A stretch of DNA of 64,000 nucleotides from Candidatus Nomurabacteria bacterium (GTDB lineage: Bacteria > Patescibacteriota > Minisyncoccia > Phycocordibacterales > UBA5272). This document shows, one piece after another, positions 9,996 through 19,084 of the stretch (position 1 is the first letter of the stretch; every line of letters begins with the position of its first letter). The translations under genes were made by a program, and so were the position numbers. The notes under the pieces are model-generated. The model was given only the letters and a program-made list of their open reading frames with translations. It ran no database searches and had not been told where the DNA came from. The stretch is taken from positions 273,536 to 337,535 of the forward strand of contig JAQBRF010000004.1 in the NCBI GenBank assembly GCA_028286645.1. The letters are read 5' to 3'.

Positions 9996-10550
9996 ATGAA
10001 TTATGTACTCCTCACAATCGGCAAAACCCACACTGGTAAAAGTACTTTCGCAAAAGAGCTGTCAACAGAAGTGCCGAATGTTGTAATTATAGAAACCGAT
10101 CCAATCGCCTTATTTTTAAAAGCTAGCTTTTCTACTCTTCATGCGTTAGACGTGGATCATAAAGGAAGTTTTTCTTCACCGGCACTTAAATTTCTAGTAT
10201 TTCGTACCATTCTTGATTTCGCTCTAAATCAAAAGACGAATATTATTATGAGTAATTCTAATATGTATGAAAATGGCCGTCGTGATGTATTAAAAGTAAT
10301 TAAAAATCATGATGCAAAAACTATTGGCCTTTATTTCAATTACGAAGAAAAGATTATCATGGACAGGGTAAAAATTTCTAATCGAGATATTGACGTACTT
10401 AGTGTTTCGAAAAATTTCGAAGAGCTTATTATAAATCAGCGTGCACGATTCCAGTCTCCTAATAAAGATGAATTTGATTATTTTTTTGAAGTTACTCATC
10501 CGGAAGAGCTTTTAGATGTCAAAAAGAGAATTATAGAAATTTTAAAATAG
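9996..10550 (+). CDS. P-loop kinase-like protein (AAA_33/zeta-toxin-like fold)
   Basis: Walker A GKTHTGKST near the N-terminus. Size 184 aa. Confidence 0.45.
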   Translation: MNYVLLTIGKTHTGKSTFAKELSTEVPNVVIIETDPIALFLKASFSTLHALDVDHKGSFSSPALKFLVFRTILDFALNQKTNIIMSNSNMYENGRRDVLKVIKNHDAKTIGLYFNYEEKIIMDRVKISNRDIDVLSVSKNFEELIINQRARFQSPNKDEFDYFFEVTHPEELLDVKKRIIEILK

Positions 10551-10552
10551 AT

Positions 10553-10798
10553 TTACTTTACACTAAATAGATCCAATTTTTTCTGCCGGGACCATTTCTT
10601 AATTTCAATTTCCCTCTTTCTTGCTGCCGAAAGCGTGGGTAATTCTTCCTTGTATTTTAAAATTACTGGCCTTCTTATCTTTGTATAGTGAGCGCCGGAC
10701 TTAAGCTCGTTATGTTCCCGTAATCTCTTTTCAAGATTATTCGTGGAACCGATATATAATGTATTATCAGAGCATTGGAGGATATAGAGGAAGTACAT
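10553..10798 (-). CDS. GIY-YIG nuclease domain protein (YhbQ-like)
   Basis: [29 protein letters not shown] carries the GIY-YIG and conserved Arg/Glu/Asn. Start chosen at the second Met; the track ORF extends to 10861. Confidence 0.7.
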   Translation of the reverse strand: MYFLYILQCSDNTLYIGSTNNLEKRLREHNELKSGAHYTKIRRPVILKYKEELPTLSAARKREIEIKKWSRQKKLDLFSVK

Positions 10799-10909
10799 AT
10801 GATTAATAATATCACTTATTTTTAATAAGTATTTCGCGTTTATGTCCCCATTTGAATACACATAAAATAAGTGTAGAATGCGGGTAAACCACTACAAAGG
10901 AGCATTACT

Positions 10910-11308
10910 ATGTGGAACGACCCTCGCCCCCTCATTATCGAAGATGGGGCATTGCTGGACGCTTTACTTCGCGAATGGAATTCGGACAAGGTGTCAGCAA
11001 AGATTGTTTTCCACCCTCCGCTTGATTGCTGGGTGACGGAATGGTTTGACGACGGGGGCGGTCATTCTGGAGCAATATGGGCCCGGCGTTCACCAGTGGA
11101 TCCACCCGTATTTAATCGAGCAAGGGAGCTCGGCTACGTCGTGGGGGCTCCTAAGCTGGGATATACCTCCGATACGGAGTTCATTCTGACAGAAAACCCC
11201 TACATTCTCGAGGAGATCCATCGCCTGACAAAAGAATGGAGGGAAAAGGATTTAGCCAATCAAAAAGCAAGGTACCGCGCGAAACACCCCGAGCTGGAGA
11301 CGGATTAG
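10910..11308 (+). CDS. hypothetical protein, GC-rich ORFan cassette B
   Basis: RBS AAAGGAG lies 8 nt upstream. Codon and G+C usage are unlike the neighbours. Followed by a hairpin plus T6. Confidence 0.5.
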   Translation: MWNDPRPLIIEDGALLDALLREWNSDKVSAKIVFHPPLDCWVTEWFDDGGGHSGAIWARRSPVDPPVFNRARELGYVVGAPKLGYTSDTEFILTENPYILEEIHRLTKEWREKDLANQKARYRAKHPELETD

Positions 11309-11333
11309 GAGCGGAAAGGAAATACTGTTCGAG

Positions 11334-11358
11334 GCCTGGTTAACTCCAGGCTTTTTTA
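11334..11358 (+). terminator. intrinsic terminator (GCCTGG-ttaactc-CAGGC followed by TTTTTT)
   Basis: Stem-loop plus T6, 25 nt after the stop. Confidence 0.65.
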
Positions 11359-11388
11359 TTAGCTCGAATCTTTTAACTACAAAAATCG

Positions 11389-11670
11389 CTACATCGTAAT
11401 CGTAGGATAAACATGTCCTGGATTTCTATTTTCTTCTTCAATTTCTAACAAACGAAAGCGCGGACGGCCATCAGTATGAACTCCAGTAAATCTTTCTATG
11501 GGTTGAGAATATAGCTGGCCATGATCATATAGAGCGCGATAAATAACGCGAAATTCATCTCCTTCTTTGTCAGCATCTTTTGCGATATCAATCACAAGAT
11601 ATTTATTACCGCGATAATGTTCGTAAACGCGATTTCTCTCTACTGAGGTTTCAAGTCTTTGGAATTTCAT
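11389..11670 (-). CDS. DUF1653 domain protein
   Basis: YEHYRGNKYLV...EFRVIYRALY is the hallmark YRHYKG..Y segment of DUF1653. Confidence 0.55.
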   Translation of the reverse strand: MKFQRLETSVERNRVYEHYRGNKYLVIDIAKDADKEGDEFRVIYRALYDHGQLYSQPIERFTGVHTDGRPRFRLLEIEEENRNPGHVYPTITM

Positions 11671-11710
11671 GTTTAAAGTATAGCAGTTAGGATTAGGTGA
11701 AATTAAGGAC

Positions 11711-11998
11711 CTACTTTTTAAAAGTTAATCCTTTTTCTCGAAGTGCAGACTTCAACTTTGGAATAGAAGCTGGCCCCATTCCATGAAGTTTCAAAATATC
11801 TGCTTCAGAATGGATGCTTAATTTTTTTAGACTATTTATCTTCGCATTCAAAAGAGCTCGAAGTGCTGGTGCTGAAATTGTTTCTGGAAAATCATTTTGT
11901 AATTTTTTCCTGTAATAACCTGACCAACAAACAGGACACACTGGACAGTCGCTACTTTTTTCAAATACATGCCCCCGACTACAAGTTTTTTTACTCAT
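11711..11998 (-). CDS. zinc-ribbon plus helix-hairpin-helix small DNA-binding protein (hypothetical)
   Basis: CSRGH...CPVCPVC metal-binding cluster and a C-terminal LHGMGPASIPKL HhH-like motif. Confidence 0.4.
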   Translation of the reverse strand: MSKKTCSRGHVFEKSSDCPVCPVCWSGYYRKKLQNDFPETISAPALRALLNAKINSLKKLSIHSEADILKLHGMGPASIPKLKSALREKGLTFKK

Positions 11999-12025
11999 AT
12001 CCGAATTATATCACTAGAATTATTA

Positions 12026-12277
12026 TTAGACTGAAAAAGTTAATTCAAACAAAAATAAAATCACTGCTACAGCCTGAATAAAAACAGCCAATAGTAACTT
12101 CTTAAGACTAGAAAATTTGAATAAATACGATGATAAAGATATGGCAAGCAAGATAACTGCCATTATGACCACCACTAGAAGATTCGGACCTTCAGGATCA
12201 TTCAAGAAATAGAACATGGACCGAGATAAAACGAGAGAGGTTATAGCTAGGATTATTAGGGTCTTTTTGGAGTACAT
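12026..12277 (-). CDS. small two-TM membrane protein
   Basis: 83 aa, hydrophobic. Confidence 0.3.
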   Translation of the reverse strand: MYSKKTLIILAITSLVLSRSMFYFLNDPEGPNLLVVVIMAVILLAISLSSYLFKFSSLKKLLLAVFIQAVAVILFLFELTFSV

Positions 12278-12344
12278 AATTTAATTATAATACAATTTAG
12301 GAGCCTACATGATGGGAGAATGAAACTGTTATACTAAACAAACC

Positions 12345-12959
12345 ATGAATAAATACAAACTGATTATATTTGACCTAATTGATACTTTGGCAGATTGTAA
12401 AGGTTTATCCGAAATGACTGCTCAGCTAGAGTCAACCCTAGGACAGGAAGCCATCGATATGTTTATAGATAAAGGAAATATAGATAAAATAAAGTCTATT
12501 GATGAGGCTATTAATATCTTTAGATCAAAAAAAGACTTTTCGGAAGAAAATGAAAAGTTACTAAGGCAATGGGTAGGATGGTCTAATACGATTCTTTATG
12601 AAGATACAATAGAAACATTAAAGTACTTAAAAGATAAAGGATACGAGGTCGCCATTATTTCTAATACCCCGCCAACATCTAAAGACCAATTAGCTGAACT
12701 GGGAATAAATCAGTACATAGATGTGGCTATCTTTTCTTTTGAGGTTGGCAGCAGAAAGCCGGAGAAAGAAATATTTCTTTCCTGCCTTGAAAAAACTGGG
12801 GTTGACCCATCTGAGGCTCTAATGATTGGGGATTCTATAAAAAATGATATTAATGGCGCAAAGAATGTCGGAATTGATGCATTGTTGATCGACAGAAACA
12901 ACATAATTGATTACGAACCAAAAATTACAAACTTAAATCAGTTACAGGATATTCTTTAG
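12345..12959 (+). CDS. HAD-superfamily hydrolase
   Basis: Motif I IIFDLIDTL, motif II ISNT, motif IV GDSIKNDINGAKNVG. Confidence 0.8.
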   Translation: MNKYKLIIFDLIDTLADCKGLSEMTAQLESTLGQEAIDMFIDKGNIDKIKSIDEAINIFRSKKDFSEENEKLLRQWVGWSNTILYEDTIETLKYLKDKGYEVAIISNTPPTSKDQLAELGINQYIDVAIFSFEVGSRKPEKEIFLSCLEKTGVDPSEALMIGDSIKNDINGAKNVGIDALLIDRNNIIDYEPKITNLNQLQDIL

Positions 12960-12964
12960 ATTTT

Positions 12965-13606
12965 TTACATCTCCGGCTCCATAATTTCCGAAAGTCTTTC
13001 CTCAGGAAAAACTCTAACAGAGACTTTTTTCTCTCCTTGAATATACGCCTTTATGAACCGATGAACACCGTCAAGGATAACCCACCTGCCTCTATAATAG
13101 ATTATATCGATCGGGAAACTCAAATCCGCCCGCATCATTCTATCCCACTCCTTTGTACTATTGGGGGCTTTATTAACAAGATCCTTCGCAGTTACAACAA
13201 ATTCTTTTCCATCATCGGACGTCCAATAAGGAATATCTAGATGCCATAGCAAATTCTCCGCATTCATTTCAGAAGTTGGCAATTCAATAGCCCAAATCTT
13301 TTTTTCATCCCAACTGCCCCGAGGATAACCTAATGACGCCCAATCTATATATGCCTCCCCGGCTTCTCTGGTTAAATTTGCATCGCGGTATATCTCTGCC
13401 AATTCAAGAGTTAAATCATATGTCATTCTTTCTGTATCTTCTCTAGATACATACGGCGCTTGAATCTGATTTTGCCTTGACTCAATATAGAAATTAAGAA
13501 GGGTTGGATCCGGTGGATCTTTAGAAAGAGATTCAATCACGGATTCTCTAGTGATCAATCTTTCAATATTTTCCCTATTATCTTCTTCGGGGGTAGGATC
13601 GGTCAT
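12965..13606 (-). CDS. hypothetical protein, possible ParB/Srx-like DGxHR motif
   Basis: WVILDGVHRFIKAY near the C-terminus. Otherwise unrecognised. Confidence 0.35.
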   Translation of the reverse strand: MTDPTPEEDNRENIERLITRESVIESLSKDPPDPTLLNFYIESRQNQIQAPYVSREDTERMTYDLTLELAEIYRDANLTREAGEAYIDWASLGYPRGSWDEKKIWAIELPTSEMNAENLLWHLDIPYWTSDDGKEFVVTAKDLVNKAPNSTKEWDRMMRADLSFPIDIIYYRGRWVILDGVHRFIKAYIQGEKKVSVRVFPEERLSEIMEPEM

Positions 13607-13812
13607 ATGGGAAGTATATCAGGTAGGATATGAAAGAAATTGGAACTCGGTTATATTTTCTTTATTCGGATTAAATTCTATAATCCACTCGATATCATAT
13701 TTATTTCTAAATATTTTAAGACACATCAGATAACTTGACTTTATAATAGCAGTGTGTTATACTATATAGGTACTCGTTCTGGCCAAATTTATTGTATCCC
13801 AAGGAGACCCTT

Positions 13813-14181
13813 ATGTCCCAACGCCGTATATTTGCAGTGGGTGACGGGGAAGTCATTCTCTCGGTACTCAGCATCACGAACGCTGGCGCCGCGGGTGAAG
13901 CCGTGGTGAAAGTCCGTGCGGAAGAAAAAAAAGAGGATGTCGCGATGCTTCTCACCTTCCAGGTGATGCTCGAAGCGACACCTCTCCGCCCCCTCGGCAT
14001 GCCGAGGGAGATCATGAAGAACAGGAAGACCAGAGCGGCTGCCGCTATCTTGAGCGCCGTCACGGTCGATGGTCCGGGATGCTTCTCGTTCAACGGTCTC
14101 GACTTTCTCAGGTGGGATTCGGACGGTGCGTGCTTTTACGTGCCCAGCCGGAACCACTGCGAAGCAACTCAGCTCCAATAG
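13813..14181 (+). CDS. hypothetical protein, GC-rich ORFan cassette C
   Basis: RBS AAGGAG lies 7 nt before ATG 13813, and an intrinsic terminator follows on the plus strand. Competing minus-strand ORFs lack these signals. Confidence 0.5.
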   Translation: MSQRRIFAVGDGEVILSVLSITNAGAAGEAVVKVRAEEKKEDVAMLLTFQVMLEATPLRPLGMPREIMKNRKTRAAAAILSAVTVDGPGCFSFNGLDFLRWDSDGACFYVPSRNHCEATQLQ

Positions 14182-14210
14182 TGAAAAATCGGCGTGCCTC
14201 GTGCCCGCCA

Positions 14211-14236
14211 CCCCGACTGAAGTCGGGGTTTTTTTA
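14211..14236 (+). terminator. intrinsic terminator (CCCCGAC-tgaa-GTCGGGG followed by T7)
   Basis: Perfect 7-bp GC stem plus TTTTTTT. Confidence 0.7.
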
Positions 14237-14416
14237 TGAAAATTGGAACCAATCCTAGTCTCTAATAATTCTTATTCTCCTTGCCAAAAGAAAACTATAG
14301 AATTGGGACAATAATAATGACCGCTGTTACATTAGAGGGTTTTTGAGCAACCCACGTGAGAACATCTGGGCCGCATAGATATAACCCTGAGAGACCTGAT
14401 TGGTAGGGTAGAACTA

Positions 14417-14878
14417 TTACTTGTATATAGGTAAAATAGCTACTTCCTCCGGTATTTTGTATTCATTCCTAACCTCTTCAATAAATTCTAATTCTTTCTC
14501 GACTCTTTCAGGTCGGTTCCTCCTCATTATGTTTGCGATACACGCGGCAGGATTATTTTCAAAAAATCTATATTCAATACTAACTTCTATATTTAATTCT
14601 GAGATCAATTTTTTAATTCCCTGCTCTATTTCGTTTCTATATTCATCTTTACAAAATAGAATATCAGCAATAACTATACTTTTACCAACTAGTAACGCTT
14701 CTTTAATGTCTTCGTAATAAGCGCTTCCTTCACAGCTCAAAGATATTCTAGGGCGACTTGTTGCCGATCTATAGTAATCGTCGCATATTAAAGCGTTTCC
14801 AAATTCTTCTTTATGAGTTTCAAGATATGTAGTTTTACCAGAACCAGGCATGCCGACTATTATGATGATCTTTTGCAT
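14417..14878 (-). CDS. P-loop NTPase/kinase-like protein, paralogue 1 of a duplicated pair
   Basis: Walker A GMPGSGKTT. About 85% aa identity to the 18547..19011 product. Confidence 0.6.
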   Translation of the reverse strand: MQKIIIIVGMPGSGKTTYLETHKEEFGNALICDDYYRSATSRPRISLSCEGSAYYEDIKEALLVGKSIVIADILFCKDEYRNEIEQGIKKLISELNIEVSIEYRFFENNPAACIANIMRRNRPERVEKELEFIEEVRNEYKIPEEVAILPIYK

Positions 14879-14905
14879 GAGGAGATTATAGCAAATAAGG
14901 CTAGA
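14417..14905. repeat. ~490-bp direct repeat, copy 1 (kinase gene plus flanks)
   Basis: DNA-level similarity to 18547..19036, including the upstream motifs GAGGRRATTATAGCAAA and CTTGTATATAGG. Confidence 0.6.
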
Positions 14906-14970
14906 ACAGAATTTGAAGAATTTTATAAACAGTCTATTGACAAAAGTGATCTATAATGTTAAAATAATAA

Positions 14971-15156
14971 ATGTCCCTTTGGACACACTCAGGAGTGCCG
15001 ATGGAAGACAATATCGATCTTCATGTATTGCAAAGCCGGCTCATTTTCGCGCAGGAAGACGCCGGCGACGACTTTCTCGGTAAATGTCAGCGCGCGCAAG
15101 CCGCTGCGTCCATACCGGTCCTCGAGAAGCAAATCACCCAGATGGAACAGAAGTGA
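14971..15156 (+). CDS. small hypothetical protein, GC-rich mini-cassette D (alternative start at ATG 15001 preceded by GGAG)
   Basis: 52-61 aa ORF in a G+C-rich patch, followed by a strong terminator. Confidence 0.3.
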   Translation: MSLWTHSGVPMEDNIDLHVLQSRLIFAQEDAGDDFLGKCQRAQAAASIPVLEKQITQMEQK

Positions 15157-15171
15157 TCGTTCGGATGGGTA

Positions 15172-15201
15172 GGCGCGCGGCTACGGCTGCGCGCCTTTTT
15201 T
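15172..15201 (+). terminator. intrinsic terminator (GGCGCGCGGC-tacg-GCTGCGCGCC followed by T6)
   Basis: 10-bp GC stem plus TTTTTT. Confidence 0.65.
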
Positions 15202-15235
15202 ATGAAATTTACAAAGATGTGGGATACGTCAGAAC

Positions 15236-15733
15236 TTATTTAATGAATTCTTTGACTTTGACGCCCTCAAGTTGAGGGGCGTATTTAACTGGCTTCATTG
15301 TTTTTATTAAATCTTCATCAAAAGGCTTAATTCCTTTACCTATTAATACCGGTACAACATGAAGAATTATTTTCTTAACAGCATTCATCCTAAGAAGAAC
15401 ATTGTTAAGAGTTGGTCCGCTAGAAACAAGAGAATTAGGAGCAAGGGTTATTGCGTCTTCCGGAGAATGGACGACTACATATTTTTGCTTAGCTTTAAAG
15501 TTTATATCATTTGTAATCACAATCTTTTTAAAAGGGAGCAACTCAAAAGGGATAAGAAGTTCTTTGTCATAACTCTGGATTGTTTCATAAGTTCTTCTCC
15601 CCATAATAACTGATCCATACTCCTTATACATGTTCAAAGAATTTACCCATAACGTCTCAGGTATAAAATCTTCCTTTCCATTTTTATCTGCTATAAACCC
15701 ATCTTCAGAAACTACGTTATATAGCGTTAGCAT
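15236..15733 (-). CDS. RibD C-terminal domain / dihydrofolate reductase-family protein
   Basis: MLTLYNVVSEDGFIA...GRRTYE...SSGPTL is typical of RibD_C/YwjB-like reductases. Confidence 0.65.
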   Translation of the reverse strand: MLTLYNVVSEDGFIADKNGKEDFIPETLWVNSLNMYKEYGSVIMGRRTYETIQSYDKELLIPFELLPFKKIVITNDINFKAKQKYVVVHSPEDAITLAPNSLVSSGPTLNNVLLRMNAVKKIILHVVPVLIGKGIKPFDEDLIKTMKPVKYAPQLEGVKVKEFIK

Positions 15734-15754
15734 TTCTTGAGTATATCAGGCGGA

Positions 15755-15775
15755 ATGGTGGAACGATGTTGGAAC
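15755..15775. repeat. 20-bp direct repeat (ATGGTGGAACGATGTTGGAAC), left boundary of the GST-HxlR module
   Basis: Near-identical copy at 16980..16999. Confidence 0.55.
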
Positions 15776-15895
15776 TTCCTTACTTACAACAGACACTCCG
15801 AACTTTCGAGTCCTTGAGGGCAAACAAAAACACCCTTAACGGGTGAATTTTGTTGCTGGCATTTTGGAAGGGTGTCCGTCTTTTATATCAGTAAA

Positions 15896-16570
15896 CTAAA
15901 CGTAGAATGTCTCTAGTCCCTCTTCTTTAAGCGCTTGCTTCACAGCCTCTCTGCTCTCTACCCGAGCCATGTATGCAGTTATGTTTGCATACTCCTCAAG
16001 GCTCATGCCAAACTGCTTCGTCCAGCGTAATATCGTGTACAGGTACGCATCCGGTGCAGTAAATGAATCACCGACGAGGTATTGGTGCTTACCAAGCTCA
16101 CTTTCCACATAAGCGAGTCGGCTCATGATCTTCTCCTTCGTTTGTCCCTTTAGTTCGTCAGATAATGTTGGATTAAATAGTGGTGAGAATCCCTTATGAA
16201 TCTCGGAACTTATGTAGGTCATCCATTCTAGGGCGCGGTAGTACACGAGTGAGCCTTTCTCTGGCATAAGAGTTACGGAAGATTGGTCGACAAGATAGTG
16301 AATAATAGCCACACCTTCCGAAAGCACATCACCTGAATCAAGCCGTAATGCAGGGACGTATCCACCTTTTGGGTTCACCACAAAAAAGTCTTCGCCCTCT
16401 GCAGTTGTGCGTTTTGCACCGTCAAAGGTAACACGTGATAGTTCTATGGCGATTTTGCCTTCTCTGGCAACTATATGCGGAGAAAGTGAACAGGCACCTG
16501 GAGCATAATAAAGTTTCATATTTTTTAGATTTAAGTTGTTAAAAGTAATATTACTTAATTGAAATTTCAA
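15896..16570 (-). CDS. glutathione S-transferase
   Basis: N-terminal MKLYYAPGACSLSPHI thioredoxin-like GST domain plus a C-terminal alpha domain. Moderately G+C-enriched. Confidence 0.8.
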   Translation of the reverse strand: MKFQLSNITFNNLNLKNMKLYYAPGACSLSPHIVAREGKIAIELSRVTFDGAKRTTAEGEDFFVVNPKGGYVPALRLDSGDVLSEGVAIIHYLVDQSSVTLMPEKGSLVYYRALEWMTYISSEIHKGFSPLFNPTLSDELKGQTKEKIMSRLAYVESELGKHQYLVGDSFTAPDAYLYTILRWTKQFGMSLEEYANITAYMARVESREAVKQALKEEGLETFYV

Positions 16571-16676
16571 ATAAAATGTTTTGCAGTCTTTATATTCGAA
16601 ATGTAAATAAGTAATATATCCAGTATATATACTTACTTTACATTGTAAAGTTACTTTTAAATGCTATAATCCCATT

Positions 16677-16973
16677 ATGAAGCCAAAGCTTTCGAGCTGC
16701 CCTGTAACCATGACTGCCACAGTCCTTTCCGACATCTGGACTATGCTTATTATGTATAGCCTTCTTGATAAGCCTATGAGATTTTGCGAGCTTGAGCGCG
16801 GACTTAAAGGTATTTCGACTCGAACACTTACGAACAAACTTAAAATTATCGAGGAAGAGAAACTTGTTATCAAAGATGGCGAGGGCTTCTATCATCCAAC
16901 AGAGAGAGGGAGAGGTTTGAAACCAGTACACAAAGCAATGCGTGCCTATGCAGAGAAATACTTAGTTGGGTAG
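16677..16973 (+). CDS. HxlR-family HTH transcriptional regulator
   Basis: CPV...DKPMRFCELERGLKGISTRTLTNKLK, the HxlR-type wHTH. Divergently paired with the GST. Confidence 0.8.
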   Translation: MKPKLSSCPVTMTATVLSDIWTMLIMYSLLDKPMRFCELERGLKGISTRTLTNKLKIIEEEKLVIKDGEGFYHPTERGRGLKPVHKAMRAYAEKYLVG

Positions 16974-16979
16974 TTGGGG

Positions 16980-16999
16980 ATGTGGAAAGATGTTGGAAC
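16980..16999. repeat. 20-bp direct repeat (ATGTGGAAAGATGTTGGAAC), right boundary of the GST-HxlR module
   Basis: Matches 15755..15775. Confidence 0.55.
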
Positions 17000-17004
17000 C
17001 GTCA

Positions 17005-17505
17005 TTAAGTGCTAATTATCTTAAATATCTCTTCTGGAGGAAGATTTGCGTCTATCATTTTAATACCTAGACCTCTAGCTTCTTCCTCAATCTCCGTAGC
17101 CCAATTTAAGGCATTCTGCAGCTGGTAGTCTGTTTTACCCATCGGATTTTCTCTACTTTCATGTCTTAGACGTTCAGCAAGAACTTCTTGTTCTGCGTTC
17201 AGAAAAAATACCTTATCAAATAAATCAACCATATCAAAAGCATTTCCCGCCATTCCAAAAAGGTACACATCATTATTTTTCTTTAAAAAAACTTTTAGGA
17301 ATTCTCTGCTCCAAAGAAATTCATGAGTATCTAAGAATTCTTTTCCAGCACCTATGGGAAATTCAACTTCATTGCCCTTACTATCAAAATATCCCGCAAG
17401 ACCGGGAATAGTATCAGCATCAAATGCATTGATGTTTTTTCTTCTCAAATAAAATGAAGTATATGTTTTACCAGAACCAGATGGGCCTAGTATTAAAATT
17501 TTCAT
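17005..17505 (-). CDS. P-loop kinase-like protein
   Basis: Walker A GPSGSGKTY at the N-terminus. 166 aa. Confidence 0.5.
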   Translation of the reverse strand: MKILILGPSGSGKTYTSFYLRRKNINAFDADTIPGLAGYFDSKGNEVEFPIGAGKEFLDTHEFLWSREFLKVFLKKNNDVYLFGMAGNAFDMVDLFDKVFFLNAEQEVLAERLRHESRENPMGKTDYQLQNALNWATEIEEEARGLGIKMIDANLPPEEIFKIIST

Positions 17506-17611
17506 AAGAAGATTATATCATTCTTACTTTTTCTGAGCTATGGGCGACATTTTTTTAAATTTTAAATTTGTAGAAAATAGAAGTACTGTAAGTAACAATA
17601 TTAGAATTATT

Positions 17612-18049
17612 CTAGAGCTGGTGAATAGGAAAATCAATATCTGAAAAGGTGACCTTGTAGGAAAAGAGAGGCTTGATTGATTCGTGACGCATGCTCTCCT
17701 CTTCTCCATTTGCCCTTTCTTTAAAGTCTGACTTATTGAATACATATACAAATCCGTTAGCTCCGGGTGTCAGTTGTTTCAATGTTTCTGCGGTTGCTTT
17801 AAACTCTCTTCCATCAGAGGAAGACCTATAACCTTTTGGACAATTTTTCATATTAATAATTGCCATAAAAATTGCATAGTTTAATTTAGATGAAGCAAAG
17901 ATCGCTGGATCTCCGTCTGGAATATCTACACCATCAACACGAGTATAGGCTTGTTGGGGTTCAAAGATTTCTATTTCTGAACCCGATCCATGAAAAACAT
18001 ATTTATCTGTCTGTTCCATTATTCGTAATATAGATAGTGAATTTCCCAT
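17612..18049 (-). CDS. hypothetical protein
   Basis: Complete ORF with no recognisable motif. Confidence 0.35.
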   Translation of the reverse strand: MGNSLSILRIMEQTDKYVFHGSGSEIEIFEPQQAYTRVDGVDIPDGDPAIFASSKLNYAIFMAIINMKNCPKGYRSSSDGREFKATAETLKQLTPGANGFVYVFNKSDFKERANGEEESMRHESIKPLFSYKVTFSDIDFPIHQL

Positions 18050-18133
18050 ATCTAGCTATTCTAGCATTTGCTGGGGCCGTAGGACGATGTAGGAACTTTT
18101 TTATAGTAAAATCACTTATTATTAAAAATATCC

Positions 18134-18499
18134 TTATCGCGGAAATAATTGCGCGAGGATGCCTATTGCTATTCCAACGCCAAGAATTCCCCCGATCAAT
18201 GTGGCTCTTTTTACGATAGAAACTTTTCGAATATGCAAGAAATATGCGATTACGAGAAGCAGCAGAAAATACGCACTATCCAAAAGATACCAATCAACTA
18301 CTTGGAGCAATGCTTTGGTTGTATGACTCAAACTAGGATTATTGAGAATATGATTCTGTAGCCAAAAATGGACAGCGTCCGTTGGATTGGGTGATAGCGT
18401 CCCCAAGAATCCACCAAGTAGAAAGATTCCAACAGGAGTCTTCAAAAACTTTTCTTCCTTCTCTAGATTCCATCCATGGAAGAAATGTTTAATTGCCAT
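18134..18499 (-). CDS. small membrane protein
   Basis: Three predicted TM helices. Confidence 0.35.
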   Translation of the reverse strand: MAIKHFFHGWNLEKEEKFLKTPVGIFLLGGFLGTLSPNPTDAVHFWLQNHILNNPSLSHTTKALLQVVDWYLLDSAYFLLLLVIAYFLHIRKVSIVKRATLIGGILGVGIAIGILAQLFPR

Positions 18500-18546
18500 G
18501 ATGTAAGTAAGTATAGCAGGTGGGATTAAGAAGGTGGACAGAATGA

Positions 18547-19011
18547 TTATTGCTTGTATATAGGCAAAATGACAGAACCCTCTGGTATTTTATATCCACC
18601 CCTAACCTCTTCAATAAATTCTAACTCTTTCGCAACTCTTTCCGGGCGATTACGCCTTATTATGTTTGCGATGCATGCAGTAGAATTATTTTCAAAAAAT
18701 CTATATTCCATACTAGCGTCTATTTTTAATTCTGAAACCAATTTTTTTACACCCTCCTTTATTTCATTTCTATATTCATCTTTACAAAATAGAATATCAG
18801 CAATAACTATATCTTTACCCAATGCTAGCGCTTCTTTAATATCTTGATAATAAGCGCTTCCTTCGCAGCTTAAAGATACTCTGGGACGACTAGTTGCTGA
18901 TCTGTAATAATCGTCGCATATTAAAGCGTTTCCAAATTCTTCTTTATGAGTTTCAAGATATGTAGTTTTCCCGGAACCAGGCATACCAACTATTATGGTG
19001 ATCTTTTGCAT
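18547..19011 (-). CDS. P-loop NTPase/kinase-like protein, paralogue 2 of a duplicated pair
   Basis: Walker A GMPGSGKTT. About 85% aa identity to the 14417..14878 product. Confidence 0.6.
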   Translation of the reverse strand: MQKITIIVGMPGSGKTTYLETHKEEFGNALICDDYYRSATSRPRVSLSCEGSAYYQDIKEALALGKDIVIADILFCKDEYRNEIKEGVKKLVSELKIDASMEYRFFENNSTACIANIIRRNRPERVAKELEFIEEVRGGYKIPEGSVILPIYKQ

Positions 19012-19036
19012 GAGGGAATTATAGCAAAAATATATC
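18547..19036. repeat. ~490-bp direct repeat, copy 2
   Basis: See 14417..14905. Confidence 0.6.
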
Positions 19037-19084
19037 AGGTGAAGTTAGGAGTATAAGTGTCATTACAGTCCGGGCAAGCTTCGT

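Noticed and set aside
13716-14211. Two long minus-strand ORFs (13716..14093 and 13789..14211) overlapping plus-strand cassette C
   Set aside because: High G+C inflates spurious ORFs on all frames. Only the plus-strand ORF has an AAGGAG RBS at correct spacing. Only the plus strand has a downstream hairpin with a 3' T-run in the right orientation.
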